The position numbers were made by a program, and so were the translations under genes. A DNA stretch of 46,082 bases from a virus: IMG/VR virus record IMGVR_UViG_3300024517_000002; one strand, written 5' to 3'. Below, piece by piece: positions 44,723 to 46,082 of this stretch. Positions within the stretch are counted from its first letter, which is position 1, and every line of letters begins with the position of its first letter. The notes beneath the pieces were generated by a model that worked only from the letters and a program-made list of their open reading frames with translations, had not been told where the DNA came from and made no database searches.

Positions 44723-46082
44723 ATGCTTGCCACCGGTGCCCAAGCCCTATGGCGTGAGATCAGCAACGCCGAAGAGCGGCGTGACTCGAAGCTGCGATCC
44801 CTTGAGGCTCAGATCAAGCGATACGCCGGCCCCTGGTATGACGGGTCCCCAGCGGACGACGAGGAGCCCGACTACGAGAACCATTCCTACGAGGCCATAT
44901 CGGCGTTTGTCCCCTCAACCGTGGCTCAGAAGCCCAGGGTGAAGATTTCGACGCGCCGGCCGACGGCCCAGAGGGAAGTTGCAAAGGCAATCCAGGGTCA
45001 TGTGAACCGGTGGATTAGGGACTCGCATTTCAAAGACGTGCTGGAGCACCTAGCCGTGGACTTCCAGTTCCGGTGGTCCGTGGCGCTCGTCAGCGTGAAG
45101 CCGCGGCCGGAAGCCTATGAGTCCGATGACCCGCTGCTGACCCAGCAGGTGGACCGCATATCGCCGAAGGACTTCTGCTGGGACGCGATGGCCCCCGAGC
45201 CGAACAAGGCGCGGTGGATGGCGCACCGGTACAAGGTGGACCACGCGGACTTGATCAGGCGGGCCCGCGCTGACGCCAAGCTGCCGGAGGATGAACGCGA
45301 GGGATGGAACGTGGAGGCCGTCGAGGCGTTGACCGCCGGCATGGCGAACGCCCGCGTGAGCGACGCCGCGGGCAGCGACGAGCGGGACTACCAGCTGGAC
45401 CGGCAGGAGGTCGAGCTGTACGACATCTACATTGCCGAGGAGACGAACCACGTCGAGCAGGGCCGCGGCGAGCAATACACGCAGGCCAACGGGTTCGCCG
45501 GCACGCTGCGTACGCTGGCGGTCACCGCGGCCGGGACGCCGCTCATCAGCGGGGGCCACGTCAAGCAGCTTGAGGGGGACGGCGACGATACCGGCGTGGA
45601 GATCCGCAGCCCGCGGCCGTACTTCGGCCCGCCGCAGGGCCCCTACGTCATCGGCGGCGCGTTCATCGTGCCGGACAAGAACGAGCCGCTGAGCCCGCTG
45701 GTAGTGACGCAGGCCCAGGCCGACAATCTGAACGCGTTCACGGCCTCGATGGTCCGCCAGGGGCTGAACTACTGCAAGAAGATCATCGCCTCAGGTATCG
45801 ACAAGGACGACGCCGAGGCCATCAACGACGCCAAGCACGACCACCTTACGGTCGTCTCCAACCCGATCGACGTCCGCTCCCAGCTCCAGAGCTTCGAGAC
45901 CGGCGGCATCACCCAGCAGCACGTCGTCATCGCCCAGTGGCTCAAGGACATCCTGGAGCGCGTCAGCGGGCAGAACGCCGCCCTACGCGGTGAGATCGAG
46001 TCGGGAGCCACGGCCACCGCCGTGAGCGAAGGCGTCGAGGCTGGCAAGGCACGCGCCCAATACCCTCAGGATAAGTTCATCT
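44723..46082 (+). CDS. Portal protein (putative), 5' part; the ORF is open to the window end and continues at 128..795
   Basis: Manual translation from ATG 44723 (MLATGAQALWREISNAEERR...) has no stop before the window end. It is in frame with ORF 67..795 once the 127-nt overlap is removed, giving about 675 aa in total. It sits directly upstream of the scaffold-like and capsid-like genes. The ORF track omits it because no stop lies inside the window. Confidence 0.6.
   Translation, partial: MLATGAQALWREISNAEERRDSKLRSLEAQIKRYAGPWYDGSPADDEEPDYENHSYEAISAFVPSTVAQKPRVKISTRRPTAQREVAKAIQGHVNRWIRDSHFKDVLEHLAVDFQFRWSVALVSVKPRPEAYESDDPLLTQQVDRISPKDFCWDAMAPEPNKARWMAHRYKVDHADLIRRARADAKLPEDEREGWNVEAVEALTAGMANARVSDAAGSDERDYQLDRQEVELYDIYIAEETNHVEQGRGEQYTQANGFAGTLRTLAVTAAGTPLISGGHVKQLEGDGDDTGVEIRSPRPYFGPPQGPYVIGGAFIVPDKNEPLSPLVVTQAQADNLNAFTASMVRQGLNYCKKIIASGIDKDDAEAINDAKHDHLTVVSNPIDVRSQLQSFETGGITQQHVVIAQWLKDILERVSGQNAALRGEIESGATATAVSEGVEAGKARAQYPQDKFI
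45956..46082. repeat. Terminal direct repeat, copy 2 (identical to 1..127)
   Basis: Same 127-nt string as 1..127. This implies a circular or terminally redundant genome of 45,955 bp. Confidence 0.95.

Overview
The window is GC-rich. Its first 127 nt are identical to its last 127 nt, so it is a circularly closed genome of about 45,955 bp from a tailed dsDNA phage. No tape-measure or sheath gene is visible, so the layout looks podovirus-like.

Gene order (all function calls come from motif recall only; no database search was possible):
- **Portal:** the ORF crosses the window junction (44723..46082, continuing to 795).
- **Head and virion module, + strand (792-20289):** scaffold-like, major-capsid-like and decoration-like genes, a strong terminator, then large virion proteins of 1410 and 1881 aa.
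- **Small membrane proteins:** 20316-20707.
- **DNA-metabolism and early block, + strand:** SSB, an HNH endonuclease next to a reverse-strand nuclease-like gene, and a 528-aa repeat-rich protein.
- **Two moron-like cassettes for exported proteins:** 24632-25875.
- **Small early-type genes,** including a GroES-like one.
- **Reverse-strand regulatory operon (27841-29169):** wHTH protein, Zn-ribbon protein and a broken C5-methyltransferase. It faces a 700-bp switch region containing iteron-like repeats.
- **Second + block:** a fibre-like protein with internal repeats.
- **Accessory island (34871-39200):** a signal-peptide sulfatase bracketed by terminators, a tRNA-like element, a reverse 3-gene membrane operon, and Tat/Sec-exported small proteins.
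- **TerL:** 39201..40871.
- **Reverse-strand operon (44585-40810):** an ECF-type sigma factor preceded by ATGA-coupled micro-ORFs, plus gene fragments.

The most notable genome-wide signal is a TANNNT hexamer exactly 6-7 nt upstream of about 11 start codons. This implies leaderless mRNAs alongside classical AGGAG-led genes.

I could not recognise an integrase, DNA polymerase, helicase/primase, endolysin, CRISPR array or rRNA.
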